Positions 26,753-35,670 of a stretch of DNA of 64,000 nucleotides are shown here, one piece after another (the stretch's first letter is position 1; each line of letters begins with the position of its first letter). This stretch comes from Candidatus Delongbacteria bacterium (GTDB lineage: Bacteria > CAIWAD01): the NCBI GenBank assembly GCA_963663545.1, contig OY760505.1, positions 3,168,001 to 3,232,000 on the forward strand. Direction: 5' to 3'. Position numbers and translations under genes: made by a program. Under the pieces are notes generated by a model. That model saw only the letters and a list, made by a program, of their open reading frames with translations, did not search any database and was not told where the DNA came from.

Positions 26753-28864
26753 ATGGCCGAGCAGTTCAGACTGGTTAGCGATTTTCAGCCCATGGGTGAC
26801 CAGGGGCCGGCGATTGACTCTCTGGTTGAAGGGCTGGGCCATAGCGCCAAACAGATTCTGCTGGGCGTAACCGGCAGCGGAAAAACCTATACCGTTGCGC
26901 AACTGATTCAGCGTGTGCAGCGTCCGACGCTGGTGCTCTCGCACAATAAAACCTTGGCCGCGCAGTTGTATGGCGAACTGTCGAGTTTCTTTCCAGGCAA
27001 CGCGGTCGAGTTCTTCATCAGCTACTATGACTACTATCAGCCCGAGGCCTACCTGCCAGCAAGCGACACCTACATCGAGAAAGATGCTTCGATCAACGAC
27101 GAGATTGATCGTCTGCGTCTGCGGGCCACCAGCAGTTTGCTGGCGCGTCGGGATGTGATTGTCGTGGCCAGTGTCAGTGCCATCTACGGGCTGGGAAATC
27201 CGGACGAGTACCGGCGAGGTCTGATTCTGCTGCGAGCGGGCGAAGAGCTGGATCGCCGCGACTTCTTGCGCCGCCTGGTGGACGTCCACTACGCGCGCTC
27301 CACGACGGACCTTGAGCGCGGCAGTTTTCGCGTGCGCGGTGACATTATTGAGCTGTGGCCCAGTTACGAGGAGCAGGCGCTGCGAATCGACACCTTTGGC
27401 GACACCATCGAGCGGCTGAGCCGCATCAATCCGCTGACGGGCGAGGTCGTGCACGACCAACCCGCCGCCGCCGTATATCCGGCGAAGCACTTCATCACCA
27501 GTCAGGACGTGCTCGATCACGCGCGCCAAGGCATCGAGCAGGAGCTGGAAGAGCGACTTGCCGTGCTGGAAGCGGAAGGCAAGGTGGTGGAAGCGCATCG
27601 TCTCAAACAGCGTACACGCTTCGATCTGGAGCTGATGGCCGAAATTGGCTACTGCCAGGGCATTGAGAATTACAGCCGTCATCTGGACGGTCGCAAGCCG
27701 GGCACTCGTCCGTACACCCTGATGGACTATTTCCCGCAGGACCTGCTGGTGGTGGTGGATGAAAGCCACGTAACCCTGCCGCAGTTGCGCGCCATGTACC
27801 GCGGTGATCGTATGCGCAAGGAGACGCTGATCGAACACGGCTTCCGACTGCCCAGCGCACTGGACAACCGACCGCTGCTCTTTGAGGAGTGGGAGAGCCT
27901 CTGCCCCTCTACGCTGTACGTGTCGGCGACGCCGGCGGATTACGAGATGGAGCAGACCGGGGGCGAGATCGTCGAGCAGCTCATTCGTCCTACCGGATTG
28001 CTGGATCCGCCCATTACCGTTGTGCCCACCGAGGGCCAGATCGATCATCTGCTGGGCCAAATTGAAGAGCGACGCAGCCGCGGCCAACGCGTGCTGGTGA
28101 CGACACTGACCAAGCGCATGGCCGAGGATCTGGCCGCTTTCATCGGTCGTCATGGCATCGGCGTGCGCTATCTACACAGCGACATCGAGAGTATGCGACG
28201 CGTAGAGCTGATTCGTGATCTGCGCTTGGGCAAATTCGACGTGCTGGTGGGGGTCAACCTGCTGCGCGAGGGACTCGATCTGCCCGAAGTGGGGCTGGTG
28301 GCGGTGCTCGACGCCGACAAGCAGGGTTTTTTGCGTAGCGCTCGCAGCCTCTTTCAGGTAGTGGGACGCGCCGCACGCAACGTTGACGGTGCCGTGCTCT
28401 TCTATGCCGATCGTATCAGCGACGCAATGGCTGAGGTGATACGTGAGACAGATCGTCGCCGCGCGCTACAGCAGGCCTACAACGAGGAGCGAGGTATTAC
28501 ACCGCGTACGGTGACCAAGTCTGCGGAAGAGATCATGGCTACCACGCACGTGTTGGATCTCACGCGCCAGATCGAGGCCTTTGAGAAGGGCGGCAGCCGG
28601 GTGGCAGAAGCCATTCCCGCCTACGGTGAAGAGACGCAGGTGGATGCATCCGCGCTGCGTCAGTTGATGGAAGAAGCCGCCGCGCGTCTGGATTTCGAGA
28701 CAGCGGCAGAACTGCGCGACCGTCTAAGGGAGCTTGAGGGCGAAGCCCCCCTTGAGCAGGCCATGCCACAGGGACGCCAGCGCGAAAGCCGCCTGCAGGC
28801 GAAGAAGCGCGGTAAGGCAAAGGCCTCGCGCGCCATGAAGCAGATGACGCGGCGCGTACACTGA
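26753..28864 (+). CDS. uvrB: Excinuclease ABC subunit B
   Basis: LLGVTGSGKT, HNKTLAAQLY, SYYDYYQPEAY, DESH, GFRLPSALDNRPL, NLLREGLD, C-terminal UVR coil LDFETAAELRD. Confidence 0.98.
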   Translation: MAEQFRLVSDFQPMGDQGPAIDSLVEGLGHSAKQILLGVTGSGKTYTVAQLIQRVQRPTLVLSHNKTLAAQLYGELSSFFPGNAVEFFISYYDYYQPEAYLPASDTYIEKDASINDEIDRLRLRATSSLLARRDVIVVASVSAIYGLGNPDEYRRGLILLRAGEELDRRDFLRRLVDVHYARSTTDLERGSFRVRGDIIELWPSYEEQALRIDTFGDTIERLSRINPLTGEVVHDQPAAAVYPAKHFITSQDVLDHARQGIEQELEERLAVLEAEGKVVEAHRLKQRTRFDLELMAEIGYCQGIENYSRHLDGRKPGTRPYTLMDYFPQDLLVVVDESHVTLPQLRAMYRGDRMRKETLIEHGFRLPSALDNRPLLFEEWESLCPSTLYVSATPADYEMEQTGGEIVEQLIRPTGLLDPPITVVPTEGQIDHLLGQIEERRSRGQRVLVTTLTKRMAEDLAAFIGRHGIGVRYLHSDIESMRRVELIRDLRLGKFDVLVGVNLLREGLDLPEVGLVAVLDADKQGFLRSARSLFQVVGRAARNVDGAVLFYADRISDAMAEVIRETDRRRALQQAYNEERGITPRTVTKSAEEIMATTHVLDLTRQIEAFEKGGSRVAEAIPAYGEETQVDASALRQLMEEAAARLDFETAAELRDRLRELEGEAPLEQAMPQGRQRESRLQAKKRGKAKASRAMKQMTRRVH

Positions 28865-28928
28865 AAACAGCAAATGACAATAGCCGGCCAGGACCGGCGG
28901 ATTGGAACAAAGTGAAGGAAGCGCAGCC

Positions 28929-29621
28929 ATGATGCTGACGGCAGACGACGCGGCCGCAAAGGGATGGTGGACTTGGGCGATCAAGCACGGCAAGCCCTCA
29001 CTGCCCGAGACGGCGGAAATGAAAAAGCTCCTGCAGCGTTGGGAAAAGGAAGACGGCCCCAAGCTGGAAGAGGCGGCGCTCAAGGCTAAGCCCTCCCAGG
29101 TCCAGAAGGATCTGGAGCCCTTCAAGGAGCTGCGCGACCACTGGCAACTTTGCCTGGTCGAGCTGATTCTTGCAGAGCGTAAAGGCCTCTACGAAGGTGC
29201 ACGGGAAGCCTTTTTCCGGCCCTTCAAGGTGGACGATTCCACGCGTACACGCCGCGACTACCGCACCATGAAGCATACGACCACGCTCTATGTCGAGCTG
29301 CTGCTCAAGCGCGGCGCCGTTTCCGAAGCCGGTCGCATCGTCAGCTTCATGAATCGTCGTTACTCCCTGGATAACCACACTCTGGCCTTTGAAGCTGCCA
29401 TGGTCAAGGATGCCGAGGAGGACTTCAACGAGGCTTATCGCCTGCTGGCGCTTTCGCTCAAGAAGAATCGTGCCGCCAAGGGTTGGCTGTCCGAAGAAGG
29501 CCTGACCTTGACCAAATCCGAAGAACTCTTTCCCAACTTGCGTCAGCACGAGGGTTGGGAGGAATTCCTGGCTTCCCCGGCGCGCTACCTGAAGAAGCAG
29601 GGGTTGGAACCGATCCAATGA
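28929..29621 (+). CDS. Hypothetical helical (TPR-like) protein
   Basis: Strong coding-like codon usage. C-terminal EELFPNLRQHEGWEEFL resembles a TPR end-of-group cap. Stop overlaps the purD start (ATGA). Confidence 0.7.
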   Translation: MMLTADDAAAKGWWTWAIKHGKPSLPETAEMKKLLQRWEKEDGPKLEEAALKAKPSQVQKDLEPFKELRDHWQLCLVELILAERKGLYEGAREAFFRPFKVDDSTRTRRDYRTMKHTTTLYVELLLKRGAVSEAGRIVSFMNRRYSLDNHTLAFEAAMVKDAEEDFNEAYRLLALSLKKNRAAKGWLSEEGLTLTKSEELFPNLRQHEGWEEFLASPARYLKKQGLEPIQ

Positions 29622-30895
29622 AGTACCGCATTCTCCTTCTGGGTAGCGGTGGGCGCGAGTCTGCTCTGGCCTGGAAGCTGATTCAAAGCCCGCTCTGCGG
29701 AAGGCTTTACGCGCTGCCGGGTAATCCCGGCATTGCCGAGAAAGCCGAGCTGGTGCAGGGATTGGGCATGGACGATTACGAAGCGTTGGCGCAATGGTGC
29801 CTGCGCCGCGAGATCGACCTGACGGTAGTCGGCCCCGAAGCTCCGCTGGTGGGTGGTCTTGTGGACGTTTTCCAGGCTCACGGCCTGCGCGTCTTTGGTC
29901 CCGACCGTGCCGCTGCCATTCTGGAAGGGAGCAAGGTTTGGACCAAATCCTTCCTTCACCGTCACGAGATACCCACGGCGCGCTTCATCGCCTTCGAGAA
30001 TGTCGAGCAGGCTCGCGCCTGGCTGCCCCAGGCTCCCTGGCGCATGGTGCTGAAGGCCGACGGGCTGGCTGCGGGCAAAGGTGTGATTCTGCCCAGCACG
30101 CAGGAAGAAGCAGAAGCAGCCCTGACCGAGTTGATGGAGGGCGCCGCATTCGGCCAGGCAGGGCAGCGTATCGTGATCGAAGAGCGGCTCGAAGGTCCGG
30201 AAATCTCGGTCTTCGCGCTATGCGATGGAAGACAGGGGTGGATCCTGGGTAGCGCCCAGGATTACAAACGTGCCCTGGACGGCGACCGTGGTCCTAATAC
30301 AGGCGGCATGGGCAGCCTGGCGCCCAGTCCGCTGGCAACAAGCAGCTTGCTGCAGAAGGTGCGCACCCGGATCCTGGAACCCACCTTGGCGGGAATGGCC
30401 GCCGAGGGACGTCCCTATCGTGGTTTGCTGTATCTGGGATTGATGATTACCAGCGAAGGCCCCAAAGTCATCGAGTTCAATTGTCGTTTCGGTGATCCGG
30501 AAACCCAAGCGCTGTTACCGCTATTGGAAGACGATCTGCTGGCTTTGCTATGGCGGATTGCCGATGGACAGAGCCTGGATGCGAAAGCGCTGACCACGGC
30601 CGCGAGCAAGAGGCGCAGCGTCTGTTTGGTGCTAGCCGATGAGGAGTATCCCGGCAAGGTGCGCGGAGGACGAGTGCTGCATGGCCTGCGCGAGCTGGGC
30701 GGAGTGCAGGTCTTCCATGCGGGTACACGCCTGGACGGCGAGCGCCTGCTGAGTACCGGTGGTCGGGTGCTTAATCTGGTTGCCGTAGCCGACAGTTTTG
30801 AATTGGCGCGCGATCACGTGTACGCGGCTGCACGAAGTTTGACCCTTGAGGGCTTGCGCTGGAGACAAGATATCGGCGCGGGTCTGGACCAATAG
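29618..30895 (+). CDS. purD: Phosphoribosylamine-glycine ligase
   Basis: LLGSGGRE, PGNPG, VVGPEAPL, LEGSK, KADGLAAGKGV, GPNTGGMG, EFNCRFGDPE. Confidence 0.97.
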   Translation: MKYRILLLGSGGRESALAWKLIQSPLCGRLYALPGNPGIAEKAELVQGLGMDDYEALAQWCLRREIDLTVVGPEAPLVGGLVDVFQAHGLRVFGPDRAAAILEGSKVWTKSFLHRHEIPTARFIAFENVEQARAWLPQAPWRMVLKADGLAAGKGVILPSTQEEAEAALTELMEGAAFGQAGQRIVIEERLEGPEISVFALCDGRQGWILGSAQDYKRALDGDRGPNTGGMGSLAPSPLATSSLLQKVRTRILEPTLAGMAAEGRPYRGLLYLGLMITSEGPKVIEFNCRFGDPETQALLPLLEDDLLALLWRIADGQSLDAKALTTAASKRRSVCLVLADEEYPGKVRGGRVLHGLRELGGVQVFHAGTRLDGERLLSTGGRVLNLVAVADSFELARDHVYAAARSLTLEGLRWRQDIGAGLDQ

Positions 30896-30908
30896 GAGTT
30901 GATGCAGA

Positions 30909-31832
30909 ATGAAAATCATGGTCACGGGTGGAGCGGGTTTTATCGGCTCCCACACAGTAGACGCGCTCATTGCGCGTGGTGATGAAGTGCTGATTGTTGA
31001 CAACCTGGTTACCGGCCAGCGCGAATTCATCAACCCCGCCGCTGACTTTCGCGAGATGGATATCCGTGATGCCGCTCTGCGCGAGTTGGCCAAGGAAGAG
31101 GGCGTTGAAGGCGTGATCCATCTGGCTGCGCAAATCGATGTGCGCAAGAGTGTGGCCGATCCCATCTTTGATGCGCAGAGCAATATCCTGGGCAGCCTGA
31201 ATGTCATTGAAGCCGCGCTCGCAGCGGGTGCCCGTCGCTTCGTCTTTGCCTCCACCGGTGGAGCCATCTATGGTGACACAGACGAACGTCCTACACCCGA
31301 GACGGCGCTGTGTCAACCTTGCTCGCCCTATGGCATTACCAAATTCAGCATCGAGAAATACCTCTACTACTATCAGGTGCAGCACGGTTTGTCCTATGCC
31401 GTCAACCGTTATGCCAACGTCTACGGACCGCGGCAAAATCCCCACGGTGAGGCGGGCGTTGTCGCTATCTTTGCACAGCGCATGCTGCGCGGCGAGCCCC
31501 TGGCCATTAACGGCGACGGCACCCAGACACGCGACTATGTTTTCGTCGGTGATGTGGTGCGCGCGAATCTGGCGGCTCTGGACGCCGACTACATCGGTGT
31601 CTGCAACATCGGCACGGCGGTGGAATCCGACGTCAATCGCATCTTCCATTTGATCAACGATGCCTTGGAGGCGGGCCGTGAAGAAACGCACGGACCAGTC
31701 AAACCGGGTGAACAGAAGACCAGCTGCGTCGATTGGCGCCTGGCCAGCAAGTTGATGGGCTGGAAACCGCAGGTCAGCCTGGATGAGGGCATCCGGCAAA
31801 CGGCGCACTGGTTCCGGGACCAGCATCAATGA
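30909..31832 (+). CDS. NAD-dependent epimerase/dehydratase (UDP-glucose 4-epimerase-like)
   Basis: TGGAGFIGSH, STGGAIYG, YGITK (YxxxK), NVYGPRQNPHGEAGVV. Confidence 0.93.
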   Translation: MKIMVTGGAGFIGSHTVDALIARGDEVLIVDNLVTGQREFINPAADFREMDIRDAALRELAKEEGVEGVIHLAAQIDVRKSVADPIFDAQSNILGSLNVIEAALAAGARRFVFASTGGAIYGDTDERPTPETALCQPCSPYGITKFSIEKYLYYYQVQHGLSYAVNRYANVYGPRQNPHGEAGVVAIFAQRMLRGEPLAINGDGTQTRDYVFVGDVVRANLAALDADYIGVCNIGTAVESDVNRIFHLINDALEAGREETHGPVKPGEQKTSCVDWRLASKLMGWKPQVSLDEGIRQTAHWFRDQHQ

Positions 31833-32917
31833 TACCGCTCCTGGCACAGGCGGGCATCGCGGGCAGCAGTCCGGCGATGGAGCAGATTGCGACTCTGATT
31901 GCGCAAGTGGCCGACACGGATCTTTCTGTGATGATCACCGGCGAGTCGGGCAGTGGCAAAGAGCTCATCGCCCGCGCCATTCACGACAACTCCAGCCGAC
32001 GCAAGAATCGCCTAGTTACGGTCAATTGCGGAGCCATCCCCGAAGGTATCTTCGAGTCCGAAGTATTTGGCCACGAGCGCGGCGCCTTTACGGGAGCGGA
32101 ACGATTGCGCAAGGGCATGTTTGAGCTGGCCGACGGCGGTACCATCTTCCTGGACGAAATCGGCGAAATGCCGCTGATGACGCAGGTCAAGATCCTGCGC
32201 GTACTGGAAACCGGCGAGTTCATGCGCGTGGGCGGACAGACGCCGATTCATGTGGATGTACGCGTTGTCGCGGCCACCAACCGTGACTTGGCCACAGAGG
32301 TTGCCCGTGGGCAGTTCCGGCAGGATCTCTACTTCAGGCTGAAAGCCATCAGCGTTCATCTGCCCCCTTTACGCGAGCGTCGCGAAGACATTCCTGAGTT
32401 GGTGGAGTACTTTGCGCACCGTTTTGCGGAGAGCAGTGGCCGCGCCCACGTGCGCTTCAGCCCCAGCGCGATGGAAGCGCTGAAGGACCATTACTGGCAG
32501 GGCAATGTGCGCGAGTTGAAGAACTTCGTCGAAAGCCTGCTCATCCTTTCTCGCGGCGACATCGACGCGGGCGACGTCCATCGCCGCCTTGATCTGGAAG
32601 GCAGCAGCGCAAACCTGCCCGCGCTAAGCCTCAGCAAACCCGAAGAGCCCGAGCTCAACCTGGATCTGCTGCGCCAGATGTTTTTCTACCTGCAGCACGA
32701 GCTAAGTGAAATTCGTCAGTTGCTCACCGAAATGCACGAAGAGCAGCGCCAAGTGCAGCAACCACTGGATCTGTCCTCGCTAACTGTCGATGAATTGGAG
32801 AAGGAGCACATACAGGAGGTGCTGCTGGAACACGGGGGCAATCGCTCCCGCGCGGCACGTGCTCTGGGTTTGAGTGAACGTACTCTGTATCGGAAGATTC
32901 GCAAGTATGGGCTGTAG
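31829..32917 (+). CDS. Sigma54-dependent enhancer-binding protein (AAA+ plus Fis HTH, no receiver domain)
   Basis: GESGSGKE, GAFTGA, FLDEIGE, FRQDLYFRL, WQGNVREL, C-terminal AARALGLSERTLYRK. Confidence 0.95.
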   Translation: MIPLLAQAGIAGSSPAMEQIATLIAQVADTDLSVMITGESGSGKELIARAIHDNSSRRKNRLVTVNCGAIPEGIFESEVFGHERGAFTGAERLRKGMFELADGGTIFLDEIGEMPLMTQVKILRVLETGEFMRVGGQTPIHVDVRVVAATNRDLATEVARGQFRQDLYFRLKAISVHLPPLRERREDIPELVEYFAHRFAESSGRAHVRFSPSAMEALKDHYWQGNVRELKNFVESLLILSRGDIDAGDVHRRLDLEGSSANLPALSLSKPEEPELNLDLLRQMFFYLQHELSEIRQLLTEMHEEQRQVQQPLDLSSLTVDELEKEHIQEVLLEHGGNRSRAARALGLSERTLYRKIRKYGL

Positions 32918-33443
32918 GTCTTTGCTGAACAAATGTACCGCAGGGTGTACGCAGACAAAACGACCGGGGCAGATTGTCCTGGTTCTTTTACTGTGCTTGC
33001 TGGCCGGATGCAGTTTTTACAGCTTCAAGGGTAGCCTGCCGCCACACCTGAAGACGGTGTCGATTCCGCTGATGCAGAACGAGACCTCCGAGTACGGCAT
33101 TGCCGAAGAAATCAGCAGTTTGCTGAACGAGCACTTCCTCAGTAAAGGCTTGTTGCAGCTTGCCAGCGACGAGCAGGCGGATAGCCGACTGACACTGACG
33201 CTGATCAGCTTGAGCGAACAGACCACCCAATACACCGCTGACCAGGAGGTCAACACAATTCGTGTGACGATCAAGGTCAAGGCTCTCTTCGAGGACCTGG
33301 TGGAGGGCGGTGTTCTCTGGGAATCCCAACTCAGCTCCTATGGCGATTACGATCCCAATAGTGAGGAGCGCGCCGACGCCATTCAGTTGGCGGTCGAGGA
33401 GATGGTGAACCGGATCAATGAGCAGATGCTGGCGGACTGGTAG
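32907..33443 (+). CDS. lptE: LptE-family lipoprotein (LPS assembly)
   Basis: Lipobox LLAGC, then YSFKGSLPPHLKTVSIP..NET and a C-terminal W. Follows the sigma54 activator, as in FCB genomes. Start uncertain. Confidence 0.75.
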   Translation: MGCRSLLNKCTAGCTQTKRPGQIVLVLLLCLLAGCSFYSFKGSLPPHLKTVSIPLMQNETSEYGIAEEISSLLNEHFLSKGLLQLASDEQADSRLTLTLISLSEQTTQYTADQEVNTIRVTIKVKALFEDLVEGGVLWESQLSSYGDYDPNSEERADAIQLAVEEMVNRINEQMLADW

Positions 33444-33451
33444 GAGATCCA

Positions 33452-35014
33452 ATGAGTCTGCAAAGTGAGATCCACTTCCTGAAGAAGCAGCTCCATCAGC
33501 GCCCCTGGCTGTTCGCGAGGCTGGCGGATCTGTACCTGCGTACAGGGCAGAACCGGGAGGCGCGCAAGATTCTCCAGGAGGGGTTGAGCCGGTATCCAAA
33601 CTACAGCAGTGCCCGTTTGCAGATTGCCCGTTTGCATTTGGCCGAAGACCGGCGCATGCAAGGACAGTTCGAGTTGCAGCGTTGCTGCGAGGACGTGGAT
33701 GGCATCTGTGCGGCCTGGTCGGATCGCCTGGTGGAGACTTCCGCCGATCACGAGGAGTATCACGGCTTGCTCAAACGCGTGTATCAGATGGACCAGTTCA
33801 GCCAGCAGCGCATTCGCATGCTCAAAGAGCACGGTCTGTTGGCCAACTACGCTTTCGAACAGGCTCTGATTCTGACTCGCACCGAGAGGGCTGCGCGTGA
33901 AAAACGCTACGAGCGTTTGATTAAAAAATTCTTGGACGAACAGGCCAATCCCAATCCTTCCGGCGAGAAAATGGAACTGCCGCGCGAGGTGGAGGAACTG
34001 CTTAGTTTCCCCAACCCTGAAGAGGGCAGCTGCGTTGTGGATCTTGCCGAAGCTGGCAAGGATGCCGTTGCGGAGTCCGTTGCGCGGCTGGAGCTTCCCG
34101 TTGAGGAGGCCTTTGGCGAACCTCTGCCTGCGGAGATCAGTCCTCCTGTCGAGTTCAAGGTCGTGGAGCTAAGCACAACAGAGCCCGAGCTGGCTACGGA
34201 AGCTGACTCTGCCGGGCTCGCCGACGGCGCTGACGATTCAGCGGTCGAGGCCGTAGAAGAAGACTTTGCCGAGGAGCCTGAGCCCGAGCTGGCTGCGGAA
34301 GCTGACTCTGCCGAGATCGCCGACGGCGCTGACGATTCAGCGGTCGAGGCCGTAGAAGAAGACTTTGCCGAGGAGCCTGAGCCCGAGCTGGCTGCGGAAG
34401 CTGACTCTGCCGAGATCGCCGAGGGCGCAGACGATTCAGCGGACGAAGCCGTAGAAGAAGACTTCGCCGAGGAGCCAGAGCCCGAGCTGGCTGCGGAAGC
34501 TGACTCTGCCGGGCTCGTCGACGGCGCTGACGATTCTGTTGACGAGGCCGTAGAAGAAGACGTTGCCGAGGAGCCAGAGCCCGAGCTGGCTACGGAAGCT
34601 GACTCTGCCGGGCTCGCCGAGGGCGCAGACGATTCAGCGGACGAAGCCGTAGAAGAAGACTTCGCCGAGGAGCCAGAGCTGGAGCCTGAGTTGGACGCGG
34701 AGGAAATCCTCCGTCTGGCAGGGCTACAGCGTGAGGCCAGGCGTTTGCGCAACCTGACGCAGAATCAGCCGGAAGAAGAGGTCGAGCTACCTGAATCCCT
34801 GAGTCATGTTGAGGCCTTGACCGCCAACCTGAGTCCCAATGTCCGCACGCGTACCTTGGCACGCATCTACGAGGAACAGGGCTACTATCATCTTGCGATG
34901 GAAGTCTACGAGTACCTGGTGAGACAGTGTCCCGATGATGTGTCTTTGAGCGCGCACATCACACGTTTGCAGAAGCTGATGGATGAGGGCGGGCTTTCTG
35001 ACGCGGAGCTCTAG
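33452..35014 (+). CDS. TPR-containing protein with an acidic tandem-repeat linker
   Basis: N-terminal FARLADLYL...ILQEGLSRYPNY and C-terminal TRTLARIYEEQG..LAMEVYEYL TPR-like motifs flank a D/E/A-rich repeat. Confidence 0.8.
   Translation: MSLQSEIHFLKKQLHQRPWLFARLADLYLRTGQNREARKILQEGLSRYPNYSSARLQIARLHLAEDRRMQGQFELQRCCEDVDGICAAWSDRLVETSADHEEYHGLLKRVYQMDQFSQQRIRMLKEHGLLANYAFEQALILTRTERAAREKRYERLIKKFLDEQANPNPSGEKMELPREVEELLSFPNPEEGSCVVDLAEAGKDAVAESVARLELPVEEAFGEPLPAEISPPVEFKVVELSTTEPELATEADSAGLADGADDSAVEAVEEDFAEEPEPELAAEADSAEIADGADDSAVEAVEEDFAEEPEPELAAEADSAEIAEGADDSADEAVEEDFAEEPEPELAAEADSAGLVDGADDSVDEAVEEDVAEEPEPELATEADSAGLAEGADDSADEAVEEDFAEEPELEPELDAEEILRLAGLQREARRLRNLTQNQPEEEVELPESLSHVEALTANLSPNVRTRTLARIYEEQGYYHLAMEVYEYLVRQCPDDVSLSAHITRLQKLMDEGGLSDAEL
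34181..34675 (+). repeat. Intragenic tandem repeat, 5 x 99 bp (33 aa)
   Basis: Five near-identical units of EPELA(T/A)EADSA(G/E)(L/I)(A/V)(D/E)GADDS(A/V)(V/D)EAVEED(F/V)AEEP. Confidence 0.95.
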
Positions 35015-35017
35015 CAC

Positions 35018-35629
35018 ATGCAGGTCGGTCTTAGCGGCGGTATTGCTGCGGGCAAGAGCGAAGTAGCCGCATGGTTCAAACAGCGTGGTGCGGTGATTCT
35101 GGACGCCGACCGCATCGCCCACGAACTGCAGGATACTGAAACACAACTTCAACAAGAGCTGCGCAGCGCTTTCGGTAAGGAGTGCTTTGACCAAGCCGGG
35201 CGCGTGATACGAGCCAAGCTGGGACAGCGAGTCTTTGCTGATCCTGCCGAACTGAAGCGACTGAACCAGATCATCTTTCCCTACCTTCATCGTGAGTTGA
35301 ACGTGCGCCGTGCCCTGGCACCATCGCAGAAACTGCTGATTGTGGACGCTGCCTTGCTGGTGGAATGGGACATTGCGAGCGAGTTCGACGAGTTGTGGAT
35401 CGTGGCCGCACCGGATGAGATTCGTGTGACACGTTTGATGCAACGCATGGCGCTGAGCCGCGCAGAAGCCCTGAGCCGCCTGCGCAGACAGCTGCCCCAG
35501 GAGGAGAAGTTGGCCCGGGCCACTCATGTGATCCAGAATGCCGGAAGCCTGATGAAACTGCAGCAGAAACTGCAGGATTTTGTCAGCCATCGTCCCGATC
35601 TGGCCGCACTGCTGAGTGATCCGGAGTAG
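35018..35629 (+). CDS. coaE: Dephospho-CoA kinase
   Basis: VGLSGGIAAGKS, ILDADRIAH, VFADP..LKRLNQI, DAALLVE. Confidence 0.93.
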   Translation: MQVGLSGGIAAGKSEVAAWFKQRGAVILDADRIAHELQDTETQLQQELRSAFGKECFDQAGRVIRAKLGQRVFADPAELKRLNQIIFPYLHRELNVRRALAPSQKLLIVDAALLVEWDIASEFDELWIVAAPDEIRVTRLMQRMALSRAEALSRLRRQLPQEEKLARATHVIQNAGSLMKLQQKLQDFVSHRPDLAALLSDPE

Positions 35630-35670
35630 GAGTGCGTCAACTCCAGCAGACCCGAAAATCCGGAAGCATC

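Noticed and set aside
26663..28153. 496-aa minus-strand ORF
   Set aside because: Antisense shadow of uvrB, expected in GC-rich coding DNA; no motifs of its own.
34181..34675. 99-bp repeats as a CRISPR array
   Set aside because: The units are contiguous with no unique spacers, they are in frame within a protein, and no cas genes are present.
33907..34752. Ser/Ala-rich 281-aa minus-strand ORF
   Set aside because: Reverse-strand translation of the acidic tandem repeat.
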